From Azolla caroliniana (Eukaryota > Plantae > Polypodiophyta): 64,000 nucleotides of DNA. A model generated the notes under the pieces. That model saw only the letters and a list, made by a program, of their open reading frames with translations, had not been told where the DNA came from and did not search any database. Below are positions 11,454 to 24,445 of this stretch, in pieces; within the stretch, counting starts at the first letter, position 1; each line of letters opens with the position of its first letter. Where the stretch lies: contig JBHGNT010000001.1 in NCBI GenBank assembly GCA_043228905.1, forward strand, positions 32,364,001 to 32,428,000. Reading direction: 5' to 3'. Both the position numbers and the translations under genes were made by a program.

Positions 11454-14400
11454 GTTTATTAATCAAGCAAGTTCTTGTCATGCATGAAGTAATAGAAAAA
11501 TATTAACGTTGCAAAATTATAGTTGAATTCTCACTAAAGAATTAGATAGAGTGATGGATGCTCTTTATGAATATTTGCAACTAACAAGTTAATAAATCCA
11601 ACCAGTATTTTAGTAAATGAGGGTAATGTGTTCCTCTTCCAAAACATTCAGATTCAACATGTGCATTTGGAGTCAACATTAAATGAGTTTGCCATTGGTT
11701 AGATTATCACAAAACAAATAACATGATAGAAATTTTGAGGTAGAGATGATGATGATGATGATGAAATTAGTGTCCTTGCTAGGGCGCGAACAACATGCAT
11801 ACCAAAAAATGTACAAAGAATTCCCCCTCCTCATAAATAAAGGTACAAAAAACATAAAATAATTCCTAGAGAGTGCCTAGGATATACCTATTGAATGATG
11901 TCTTGACCTCTAGATAGAGAAAGAAAGAAAAGATAGATGAGGTGTTCATGATGATGATATTTTGATGTCCTCAAGATGCTAGAAATATTACCTTTGGGAT
12001 CGTCTCATTACAAGACATTCACCTCTAGAGTAACAAATGGGTGTAGACACATGTTGGTTATGTAGTTTTAGTAAGGTGGTTGATATGCTCAAGTAGAGAG
12101 CACTCAATACATATACAAGCATGCCAAAGGGGTTGGGTTGGTGTGTCTGATTTAGAGAAGTTCTTTGGTGGGACACATTATTGGATGTTTGTGAATTCAT
12201 CACATCATAACATTTGATGTTCCTTGTCATCGTGGGAATTCAACTTGCTTTAGATGGGCTTTTTCAAATGCTACCTAAAATTCAAGATCATGGCTACGAG
12301 CCATTAACCTTGTCATGTTAAAGGCTTGTAGATTAGAAGAGGTGGTTCCTATCTATCGTGACACATTCTTATAGGCATCCCAAAAGTTTGAACTATATGA
12401 TTGTAGTAGTAAATTTACAATATATTAGAGGAAGACAATTACCCCTCACATGTTAAAGACGTGGTTGGGGGTATATCTTGACATTAGTTTATAGGCATCC
12501 CAAATGTTTGGAATATATGATTGTATTAGTATACGTACAATATGGTGTCCTTGCCATCCTCCTTCTGTTTGAAGGTGAGTGCATCTATAAAACATGATTG
12601 ATTCTATCTCCATCATGTGCATATCATTAGTGATGGTTGTAGTAGTGTTGCCAAATTGCATCTTATAAACTACTTCCTTGTGACTTTGCTTTTACTTGCC
12701 GTATGTGTTTAATTGCCACCATGCCGAGCTTGGACTTGAAGGCCATATTCTATCATGTCATATACTTTAGTAATATACTTGTGAACTCATGAAATGATCT
12801 AATTTGATGGGTTTTGGTGAGAATAATTTAGTATATGGTATGGTCACATTGATCCCAAGGTAGTCATAGGAACATCTTTCGTACCATGTAGATGTCACAT
12901 TGATTAACCAGTTCTTCATGTTTATAAGTCACATTATTATTGTTAATCTCTCTTCTATCATTGTCTTGTTCTTCTCCAAGGTTGCACATCCTAATGGCTC
13001 CACCCCTACAAAAGTTAGAGACCATATAACAAGATGCCCACGACATTAATGTTGGAATTGAGCTAAGGGAAATATCACAAATAAATGGCGAATGGTGGCA
13101 AATACTAAGACAAAGAACGACAAGAAGAAGAAGAAGAATAAAAGAGTGAAATTTGTGCCCTATCCATTTTTATATTAATTCTTTTTTAATCATTTTTTGT
13201 TTCCTCGAGTTACATCATATTGTCTTGTTATAAATCTCATAGTGTATAGATTTCATATCGATATGTTACTAATTTGTTGCTTTCACTATAGGATGAGCAT
13301 ACATATCCCAAACAACCAATTGACTAAATAACCAAAGAAATAGGCAAAAAGCTAAAAGAGTGTGAACGATGCCAGTGAGTGAAAGTTATTGGATTCACAT
13401 CATTAGTTAGAGTGGATATTGGATTGTAGGGAGAAGATGAGTTCGGCGGTGAGAGAGACATTGGATTCAGGACACATCGATAGTCGCCACCAAGATGACT
13501 TTTTGTTATCGTTATTCCCATAAGCTCTTTGAATTCGATGAGGAGATTGACAACCTAGCTTGTCTAAACCATGGAAAAGTTTTCAAAGGAAGAAATGCAA
13601 GCAAAAGCATGGGAACCAACAAAGTTGTGCTATTGTGAATAGAGAAGCTATTGCACAAAGTGAAACTAGTGACTTGCATAGGAATGCCAAGGAACAAGTC
13701 GGGCCAAAGAGAACTTGTTGGAAGGTTCTCCAAAGCTTATGAGTCATGCATGGAGAGGCATGCGGATGAATATCCATTTTTTCGTGGGCTTATATGCAAG
13801 AAGGGGATATTATAGACAATCCCAAAGAGACAAATAGGGATTGTCTTCACATGTCAAATAGGATCCCCATAAACGTAACATCCTAATTGCCTTATCCCTA
13901 GCAATTTCTAAATAAAATCTTGCCAAACAAAAGCAAATTTGGAACTCCATTATTTTATTCTTACATAGGACTTTCAAGCAAACTTTTCAAACTAAGAGTC
14001 TGAAGACCTCTTGAAGCAATGAATTACATCCTTGAGTCAGCCAATGCTAGCAATTTGTTAACCAATGGAATGGCATTGGAATCAGTTCACTCATAAACAT
14101 AAATACATTTTTTGTGTTAGTGCACCTCAAAATTCTTTTAGTTTCCTTTTATTCAATATTATTAATTGTTCTGCTATGTTAATGTGAATCTCGTAAATGA
14201 ACATATGGATTGTTAATAAACACAACAACTATAGATGGGGTTATCGCTATCATATTTGTGGTGAAAAAACTCAATATACAAACAAACATTTTTGTTGGTT
14301 TTGGGAGATACTTCAATTAAACAACCATAGTTCTTTATACTTAAACCATTGTGGTAGCAATATGCAATTCATCTCCGTTCTTAGCTCAATAAAAGAGCAC

Positions 14401-16440
14401 AAGGCTGGGGTAAAGAGTATGAACTGAAAATACTACCTTAAGAGAGCACCGAAATACAACTCAGTATTATGACAACATTTGGACTTTACGAGTACGATGT
14501 TAAAATTTGAAGGAAGTACATCATGGATATGTCTATTTATTCAAATGATGGTCCTTTCAACCTTACAAGTTGTTTCTCTTTATTGATTAATGCAATTCTG
14601 AATAAATGCAGTTCATAGATTTGCTACAAACGAATGCAAGTGTTTTGATCATTCAACAATGACAAGATGCATACTAACTTTTAAAGAAGAGAGGGTTGAG
14701 TGAAAAACTTTAATGCAATTTGAGACATGTTGAGTCTTGGCATAGATGGATAAGTTTCGCCTTTATGATAGAGATACTAGTATCATCTACTAATACCTTA
14801 CAAAAAAAAGAGATAACGCCTAAAAGTTTAATATAGGAAAAATGGGTAAGAATTAAAAACATATTCATTACATTAGACATTTATTGTTGTATTTTTACAA
14901 TGTTAATGATTTATCAATCGAAATATGTGGCAGCATTACACTTTCTTTTGAATGAAGACAATGTTTTTGCCACATGCCGAGCCATGACAATTTTCTTACC
15001 CCTTTTTGTAAGATTGTCAAGGAATTATAAGCCGTGTATTTGTTCCCCTTACCTTATGCCTAAAGTTTTCAAGATATAATCAAGATTCGAAGACATTTCC
15101 TAGTATTCTAAACATGTGTGCATTGTTGAAGATCTAGTCATTGATTAAATCAAAATTACACAAAGATATTTAGACAAAAGACACCAAGGCTGTAATCCAA
15201 CACCTTCACTACCTTGCCCCTCCATGCTCCAACTTGTACATACGTGGAAATGAATATATTTTTATCCTAGTCCTTTATGCTCCTCATGGCAGTCCCAACA
15301 TAATGCACAATCAAATTCTTGTTGTACTAGCCACATCAAATGCAGTGATGCTTACAAAGTTGCAAATCGAGAACAACAATATCAAAATTCAATCATTTGT
15401 ATGCTATAATATAAAACCTCAAATATGCCCCTTTTGCATATTGACATAGTATCATACGGTATAATTATGTGACCCCCTAGTTGTGACATACAACCTCGAG
15501 GGTTACCTTACTTGTATTGGCTAATATATATGCAATCATGAGTGTTGTGAAATTTACGACCATTAAGTTTGTATGAGATATTACATCTCTTTTTCCAATG
15601 TTCACAAAATATTCTTCGATTGTATTCACAATGCAAAGTCCAAAAGTCACAGTTTTATAGTCTAACTAAATTTGTCTATATTAAAATTACATTTCACAAC
15701 CACCATAATGAGATGGCAAATTGTCTCATCTCTCTTGATCATTTTATACTCTTTCTCTATACTCTTTCTCTTTTCTGTACGATTTGAAACAAAAGTGATA
15801 TTCATCCATAAGGTTTTAAAAATGATGCAATTGTGGGTACGAAAGCGAATAAAATGCATGCTTCCTCCCCAAGAAACTGAAGTGGACATGTTTTTGAAAT
15901 AAAAGGCTTTTGATTGGACATACGAGTTTTTTTGTCCTTCTAATGATGTAGTGAGGAATTTGAGTATAGCATAACTTTATAGATAGCTTCATGATCTACA
16001 ACATTGTTTTAATTGTGGCTTGTGTTGTAAGAAATGCTAAATAATTGGATTGTACATAACTATTTTTACACAAAATAAAACACAATATCCATCTCTATCC
16101 CTCAAGTTGGAGACAATATTGTGAAAGAAGTGGATAACTACAAGAGTTCTTCCTTGGAGTCCACAAACATTTTAACATATGGAAGGCAAGCATTGGTAGC
16201 CCATTTCTCCATCCATGTCCTCTCTTCAATTTGGCCTTCAAACAAAAGGCAAAACAGAAATATGTATGTCTTTATTGCGCATCTGTGTTTTATACAAAGT
16301 AACTAAAAGTAAAAAAATGTAGGAAAAAACAAATCGGAGGCATGGCCATTTGATCTATAAACGAATCTTTAGTCTTGAGAGACACGCAATACACACACAT
16401 ATATCTATAGATAAATGTTAGCAACTTCTTTTTCTTAATG

Positions 16441-16497
16441 CACATACATACATATACATATACATATACATACATACACACACACACACACAAATGC

Positions 16498-16534
<37 letters not shown>

Positions 16535-16561
16535 CATACATACATACATACATACATACAT
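16441..16561. repeat. Compound microsatellite (CATATA)n/(CA)n/(CATA)n
   Basis: Visible directly in the sequence. Confidence 0.9.
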
Positions 16562-19500
16562 GATGTATGCATAAATGATGTCTTTTAGATGGGAGTGTTA
16601 TTTTTTGCACGTGTATGCAGCAAGATTCCTACAAGTGACATTAAGTAATGTAATGGCGTATTGCATTAATTTCAATTATATCAATACACATCTCATCTTC
16701 AAAGTTGTTTAAACACGTATACCTAATCGTCCAATAATGTACTCAGTAAATGTCCCTTCATCTTCAAATTCGCATTTTTTATGTCAATTGTATTTGGTAA
16801 TTTCCATTCCAACAAAAAGATAACATGCTTGTTCACACAAAGCAAGAAGACAAATATTGACTTCGTAATTACCCAAATGTAGAAATCATCGTCGTTGCAT
16901 TTCTCAAAAGAAATTTCTCGAAAATAAAAATTTGTTGGAAAGCAAATTATGTTAAGTGAGAGTTGAGACAAAGTATTCAAGCTCTGGAAATGGAGAATGC
17001 CAATGATTACATCAAGATTGTAAAAACCTTGGGTGGCATGTCCTATGGAGGTGAAAAAGTATTGTTAAACTAATATCGTTAATTCCCTCCGCCTCCAATA
17101 CACATTTATAACATCCAGCCTATTTTATGAAAACATGTATTTGTTGTATTTATTTTCATATAATAATGGTAACATTTGATCTCTTAGTCAAAGGACTCAT
17201 GAGAGGATGGAGTAGAGTTACATAATATTTCATATATTACAATTACATATTAAGGGGATATGATTAAGATAGGCACAAGTCCTAAAATGATTGGATTCAC
17301 GTTATAATGATTTTACAATAGAAGGCTTCTTTATATCGGCTCTTGTAAAGGAGAATATGTTATATGAGCATTCAATGCTCTGATGACTAATTTAATGGCA
17401 TGGGTTTGTCCGCTCTAGGGTTCACTCGTTTATATTTACTAGGCTCTTTAGGGGAGTTTCATGCCAAGGGCATTTACAAGGAATGCAACAACATCAACTT
17501 GCCACATATCTACATGATTTGACGTTTATGATCAAATTGTTTAGTCGTGATGAATGGAATAGGACAAAAACCCTAGGATTCGTGATGTTAGTAGCATGCT
17601 ATTTGCGTGGATTTTTATATATTATTGTAGTTCAATATGATCACCATGATGGATGGATTAATCTCATGATTCTTCACTCACATCATTAAACATTTTGCAC
17701 AATAGAACATGGCATTGAGTACTCGTACTTTGGAGCAACCAAGTCACATCAATACTCAATAAAGTAGCCAACGTATGTGAGAAGAGTTGTGAGTAAACCA
17801 AAGTAACATATGTTGGTGTAATTGCAACACGATGGATTTGTATTTAAAACATAATAAAACTCAACCCAAACCTCCATGCTCTTAACATTTTGAACCATCA
17901 GTAAAGTGCCTAGCATGTACCTAACCATTGCCCGACCATTGGCTTTGACCATTTGAAAGGTTAACCATGAGTTTGGAATTTCTTGGGCATGCCTTTGTAT
18001 TCAAATTTTGAAGAGTGATTGTGATTCGATCATAAAGGCACGCCTTTGCATTCACTTTTGAAGGACAATTTAGACATTGGTCTCTTATGGTAAATCTATA
18101 TAGAATGTACACATCATAGTTTTGAAAATTGAAGACTTTATTTAGAAGATTGCCATGTCTAGGACACACATAATAGTGTTGGTCATCCCTATACATCTAT
18201 GTCTATGTGCGGTGATTACAAGAAGAATTAACTAAAATACTTGTGCGTGTATTTTGGTCTATGAATGGGGTGAGCCAATTATTTTGCATCCCAATTCCCT
18301 TCCCTACCATTCATGCAATGATTCCCATATTTGTGAATGGAATGGTGGGGGTCACACAAAGGTGATCTCACTCTAAGGTCTTGACCATGGGAAAAGAAAG
18401 GTTAAAATTCACCCCCTAATTATGTTATCCCGATTTTCATTTTGAAATTGCTAACATATGTTGTTGCAGAAAAACTCACATCCCCAAATCTTAAGGATGG
18501 GAAGATGACTAAAAATGCACAACACACCCATTCTTTTATATATATATGGGAAAGGTTAACAAACATACACTTGTGGGTGATGGCTTGTCAATCTCTATCA
18601 CCAAATAGGTGGGTGTGACAATTACATGGTGTTGCACTCTACCATTTTGGCCATAGCGATTAGGTATTGAATCTTGAGTGCTTCTTAGTCTTATGGTGAT
18701 GGTCACATAATGAATTATTTAAGAAATTTATCAAAGTTCAAAATCATCATTGTTGTTGAGTCCTTGATAAAATAAATAAATAACAATAATGTGAATGTTG
18801 CCATGTTCAATGGAGCATATACATATAAAGATGAACTAACCAACGAGATTGACCAGCATGACTACATTTATTGTTGCTTCACTATGTTGGAATCTGAATC
18901 CTTTTTTTTTTTCAAAACTCTGAGTCCGTCTTTTGTTACATAATGAAATATTGATCTTATTAAATTAACAATATAGTAGCAAAAACTATTGAAATATGAA
19001 AAGACCTTCATTGACTGATAATAAAGGGAAACAATGATCTTAAAAGAAGATGAAATATTTAGTTGACTTAATGGAAGGATTATATGTGTAAATATCAATT
19101 AATGTTAACAAAAGGAAATGATAAAAATATATGGAGAACAACAATGTGAGTGTCAATGGTCATACACATGGTAACAATTTACAAATCTTGGCCAAACATG
19201 TCCACCATTCTCGCACTAACATTATTTGCATTTCTATCTTTTCTTTTTGCCGCAAAGAAATGATTAAACACAATGTAATGTTGCTCCTCGACATCTAGGC
19301 CTAATTACTTTGAATTGTATTTTTGTCTCTAAATTCACATACTCCCTAAAGGGATGCAAAATAAATACTCTCAAATAATTTGTCTTCCCGTATCTCTTTT
19401 CTTATGTAGTTTCAGAGTAGGCTATTTTGTGTATGTGTGTGTGAATAAAAGTATTGGGGCACATTCATCTCATTGTCAATATATTTTTCATAAAACAAGT

Positions 19501-20689
19501 CCAGAAGTCTATCACTCTATAATGATTCACCTTTGATCATGTTTGAGTTTGCTTTATCCACATTGTCAAATTGAATTGGATCCATATAAATATTGAGTTT
19601 GAGTTTGCTTTCTCCACATTGTCAAATTGAATCGCAAGTACTTTGGTCATGGAAGAACTCTTCTTCAAGGTGGCTACCCAAACCCTTAGAATGAATTCAT
19701 CAAAAGAAACCCATTTCTCTCACAATAACAAGAGGATAGAATGGAATCAATCTATACAATATTGGAGGAAACAATTGCTCCAATCAATGTATATGGATGT
19801 TGGGGTCAAAAGGGTTCATACAGTAATACATCTTAACCAACTTCTGGAAGTACCAATTAACTAATCTAAATGTAATGGTTATTAATTTCAAAAAGCGAAG
19901 ACTTATTAGTGGTATGTTGTGCACATTATTGAAGGATTTATGAGATGCCTAGCCATGCTACATGTTGGAACCATTAAAGCAATCAGCCCTTTAAATCCCT
20001 AATGCCATCAATTAAGCCCAAGGCTCTTGGCATCTTCCATATATTACCTAGTTAGTAACTAACAAATGCCATAGTGTACAAAATAATCGGTCCACTACCT
20101 AACGCCAAAGGCAAGGGGTGAATATGTACATGACCCTTCTTAGAGTTACCCATAAGAGATTTAGTAATATTTGGTCATTAATGAATAAATAGAGAGTTTG
20201 GGCGTCCAACTGTGTGGAGAGTGTGTGCATGTGGACTTGTGTCATATATGGGAGAGCATCCTAATCTATTGATGCTTATATTTGTTCATGTCTAGAGTGA
20301 CATGATGGAGCCGATCATCAAGTGGCCATTATCGAGTCTAGATATTGAACATACACTTTTGGGATGCATGGCATGCCATTTGCTATTCCAATGTGAGGAT
20401 GCATAGTCCAACGAAATCCAAAGGTGGATCCACCTTGTCCACACCCCCTAGTAAGTTTCTTCCGTGTGGTACCTCTTTACCTACATATTGAGTCTAGAAC
20501 ATTGATTGTTTTCTTATAGAGTCCACATCTACATGCCTAGGGTTCTCATAGAGTTTTTTTACATGAAAAATTGTATATATTTGTCATGGGTCAAAATTGG
20601 TGGGATTTCTCTTGTTTGCTTCGGTTTTCTTACCTTCATCAAGCTTCGCAACATTGGGAAACATTACTTTGTTTATGTTGAGTGCTACT

Positions 20690-20728
<39 letters not shown>

Positions 20729-20820
20729 AAATGCATATTCCTTCATATGGATATCATATACTTCCTTCACATGCATATTTCTGGAGCATAACATGTCAAA
20801 TTTGATGAAGTATCTCCTTT

Positions 20821-20859
<39 letters not shown>

Positions 20860-21560
20860 TTGACATTGGTCTTGTGAAAGATGTAAATAATGGGAAAGCT
20901 TCATCTTGTTCTTTTCTAATGGGGGTTGGAGAGGGGGTGCGTTGGTTTGTATCTATCTATCTATCTATGTCCTCTATTTCTCTCTCTAATTAAGTTACAT
21001 ACTCCATGTTTTCTTCTTACTCTTACAGTTTACACTCTATTGTGGGCCCCCTAAGCTCTCTCTCTCTCTCTAGGCTAAGTTATAACTTATCACCTTCCAC
21101 TACATACAAAAAACATAGGAGCAGTGTGCAGTATATACATATACACTATTAAGTCCATCTACTTTTGTGTGTGTGTGTGTGTGTGTCCCCCCTCCTTTAA
21201 GATTGATAATCTTACAAAAATCCTCCAAATCTATTCATTCCTTCTCCAATCCTCCTCTTCCTCTTCTTCTTCTTCTTCAACTACTACTACTACTACTACT
21301 ACTACTAGACTCTACCACTAGTAGTAGAAGTAGTATCAATACTTCCTTTCTATTATTATACCTCCTCCTCCTTTTCCTACTATGTACATATGTATATACA
21401 ACTCATTCACAATTTAATTCTCTCTCTCTCTCTGGGCCCACATCCCATTCATTTATTCATCAATAAGTTGGCCCTCACACACATTCACATTCCTACTACT
21501 ACTACTACAATTAGGAAGAATTTGAGAGAATGGGAGGGGGCTATAAGTTATAACTAATCT
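20690..21560 (+). promoter_or_regulatory. Putative GRF upstream region with GA/CT tracts and TCP site-II motifs
   Basis: GTGGGCCC at 21042, TGGGCCCAC at 21433 and TGGGCC at ~21469. (GA)n/(CT)n tracts at ~20691, 20824, 21056 and 21420. Palindrome TAAGTTATAACTTA at 21076-21089. Confidence 0.4.
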
Positions 21561-21718
21561 CATGAAAGTAAAAGCCAAACACCCCCACATTAAACCCTCC
21601 CTTCCCAACCATCCTCATGAGCCATTCATTCATTATACACATTTTAAACTAACTAATCACCCTCCTCCAATTACCCCACCACTAATCCCAACATTAGTCA
21701 CCCTAATCATAACATAAC

Positions 21719-24445
21719 ATGACCTCTCATACTAATCGCCTAGCTCGTATTAACGATAGTAGTAGTAGTAGTAGTAATAGTAGTGGTACCCCTGTTCCTG
21801 CACTTCCTACTACTACTCCTACTCCTACCACAACTTCTTCTAGTTATGTGCCTGAGTTCAAATCTGATTTGAGGCCCCTAACCCTGCCTAGGACTGATAA
21901 TACTACTAATAACATAGTTAATGATCTTGCCCAGCAAATCACATACCCTAACTTCCTCTCTAATCATGTTCAGCTCATTAATAATAACGGTAATATCCGA
22001 AGCATTCCTTCTGGTTTGGCTTCTCCTTCTGTTAATTTTCTTGATCAACTGCACTACAATGGCATGAATAGCCATCTTATGAATATTCCATCTTCTACTC
22101 CTACTACTTTTAATCCCTGCTCTAACCACCCTTCTTCATTCAATAAGTATCCTTCCCTTGGAGCTCAATCTGAGCTTGATTTAAACAGCTGCAGATACAG
22201 CCAAGGTGCTCTCTCATGCCCTCTTTAATTCTCAAGATCATTCATCCCAATGATTTACCATGCTTACTAATCTCTTCTCTCTTTCTTAATCATTCTTACT
22301 TATCTCTTCTCTCTTTCTTAATCATGCTTAATTATCTCTTTCTTTCTCCCTTAATGTTTGCTCACTTTCCTTTTGTGCATTTGTGGGGCTTGGAACAGGC
22401 AACATTAGCAATAATCATAGCCAGAATCAGAATCAGAACCAGAACCAGAACCAGATGATGATGATGATGATGATGATGAATGGGGGGAGGCCCAGTGGTT
22501 TCACAAGGGAGCAATGGGTTGAGTTCACGCAGCAAGCGTACATCTTCAAGCATCTGTGTAATCACGGATATAACCCTAATCCCTCCCCTATACTGCACAC
22601 TTACAACCCTAACCTTCCGTATGCGCCCTGCAATCCTTTCCTCTGCTTCAATGGAGACTACCAGCCTCACCCAGGTAACTACCCTCCCTGTTTTAATTTC
22701 TCACCGGCAGAATCCAGTCAGTCAGTCAGTCAGTTCTAAAGCTTCAACACACACACACACACAGAGATTAGGGTTTTGGGACTGACATTAAAAGGGATGT
22801 GGCAGGGCTAGGGTTGGACATGGATGAGAGGAAGCTTCTGATGATGATGATGATGATGAGGTCGGGGAGCAGTAATGGGGGTTCGATCGATCCGGAGCCT
22901 GGCAGGTGCAGAAGGACGGACGGCAAGAAGTGGCGATGCTCCAGAGACGTGGTGCCCGAACAGAAGTACTGCGAACGGCACCTCCATCGCGGCAGGCACC
23001 GTGCAGCTCGATCCAAACTCACCCCTGCTGCTAACACCGATGCCACTGCTAATCCCCCCTTAATCCCCCTTAACCCCTCCTTGATCACCGCTAATCACGC
23101 CGCTAACCCATCGCTAACCACCCGTCCTCCCCCTTCCCAGTCTCCTTTGAATCGCGGCATGGATCACAATGCCTGCGTTGCCATGGCGGCAAGACCTTCG
23201 CAAATGAATAGCCGTGGCCATGGCGCGGTGGATGCCACTAACCCGTCGTTAGTGATTACTACTAATCCATTGCTGTTTACGCACTATCCCTCTGCCATGA
23301 ATCAATCTGATTCTCAGCACCATTATAGCTATGGCGCGCAGAAGGATCCATGTAGTTATGCCATGAATCCTCCTCACCAGCTTCTTCAATTTTCTCTCGG
23401 AACTTCTGCTGCTGCCACTGCTTCTTCTTCTTCTTCTACGACTACTGATCATCTTCCAGTCGACAGGTTGAAAACTAGCATCTTTTTAAATGGAACAGTT
23501 TGATCAATTGTCTCTAAGATTTGTCTGGTGATCCCTGTAAATGATCTCTAATGATTTCCACTAATTGGTTTTTGCAGGTCCGGAAGCAGGAATACGAATG
23601 TGCTCTTGTCAGATCCATCAGAGCTGAGGACGCTAGTTTTAGAGCAGAACATGGCCAACAATTTAGAGGTCCAGTCTCAGCAATCGGTGCTGCTAAAAAA
23701 GGCCAGTACAAATTCATGGCTAAGAGATGATTACGAGGAAGAAGAAGAAGAAGAAGAAGAAGGGCAGCTGCACAGAAACAAGAGGAAATTCCAATCTACT
23801 ATGGCTAATGCTACCACTAATACTGATCTCTCCATAAGTCTCAAAGCTCCTCGGAGCTTAAGCATGGCCAAAGCTAGAAGAGAAGAGGAGGAGATGGTGG
23901 GCATACAGAATGCTCTTACTGCTACTGCTACTACTGATTATGGTGAGGCTGATTGTGCCATATTGAATCCCTACATTGGGCTAAATTTAGGGACGGTTGC
24001 TAAATTTAGGAGGGAGGGGTCAATGTGGTGGGAGAGCAGCCCATTGGCGGAGGCTCTCCAAATTAGCACCACCCCCAACCCATCGCCATGTCTGGAGGAG
24101 GAAGGCCTTTGGGAGTATCATCATCATCATCATCATCATCATCACCAACAACATAGCCATAGCCATAGCCATAGCAGCCACTCTGTTTCTGCTACCAATT
24201 CCTCTAGTCACTGTGATTTCCTCATCAATAATGCAAGCTCCTCCACCACCACCAAAGATAGTGGGAGTAGCCCTAGTTTAGCCTCCCCAACTGGGGTCCT
24301 CCAAATCAAGTCTTATTCTGATAGTAGTAGCAGTAGTGCCGTCAGTAGCCCTAGGTCTAGTGGACTCAAGTTGGACTCCAACACCCCACCACCACCACCA
24401 CCACCAATGGGCGCGACTACGTCCACAACTTATTATAAGCTATAA
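21719..24445 (+). CDS. GRF: Growth-regulating factor (QLQ + WRC transcription factor), 4 exons, ~763 aa
   Basis: Exons 21719-22205, 22399-22674, 22806-23466 and 23578-24445 are all GT-AG and frame-preserving (2292 nt). QLQ-like [19 protein letters not shown]; [39 protein letters not shown]; C-terminal TQL-like TDLSISL, GGPL-like SSPLAEAL and SPTGVLQ. The first exon and start codon are less certain. Confidence 0.9.

Noticed and set aside
12368-12545. ~45-bp imperfect direct repeat 120 bp apart
   Set aside because: No TIR, TSD or coding context; an ordinary local duplication in degenerate DNA.
21281-21336. Hairpin or miRNA precursor upstream of the GRF
   Set aside because: Pairing comes only from (CTA)n versus (TAG)n microsatellites; too short and low in complexity.
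22545-22561. TTCAAGCATCTGTGTAA resembles a miR396 site relocated into the QLQ exon
   Set aside because: Mismatches opposite miRNA positions 3, 9 and 11, a bulge and an unpaired 3' end. It is explained by the FKHLCN codons and is probably chance.
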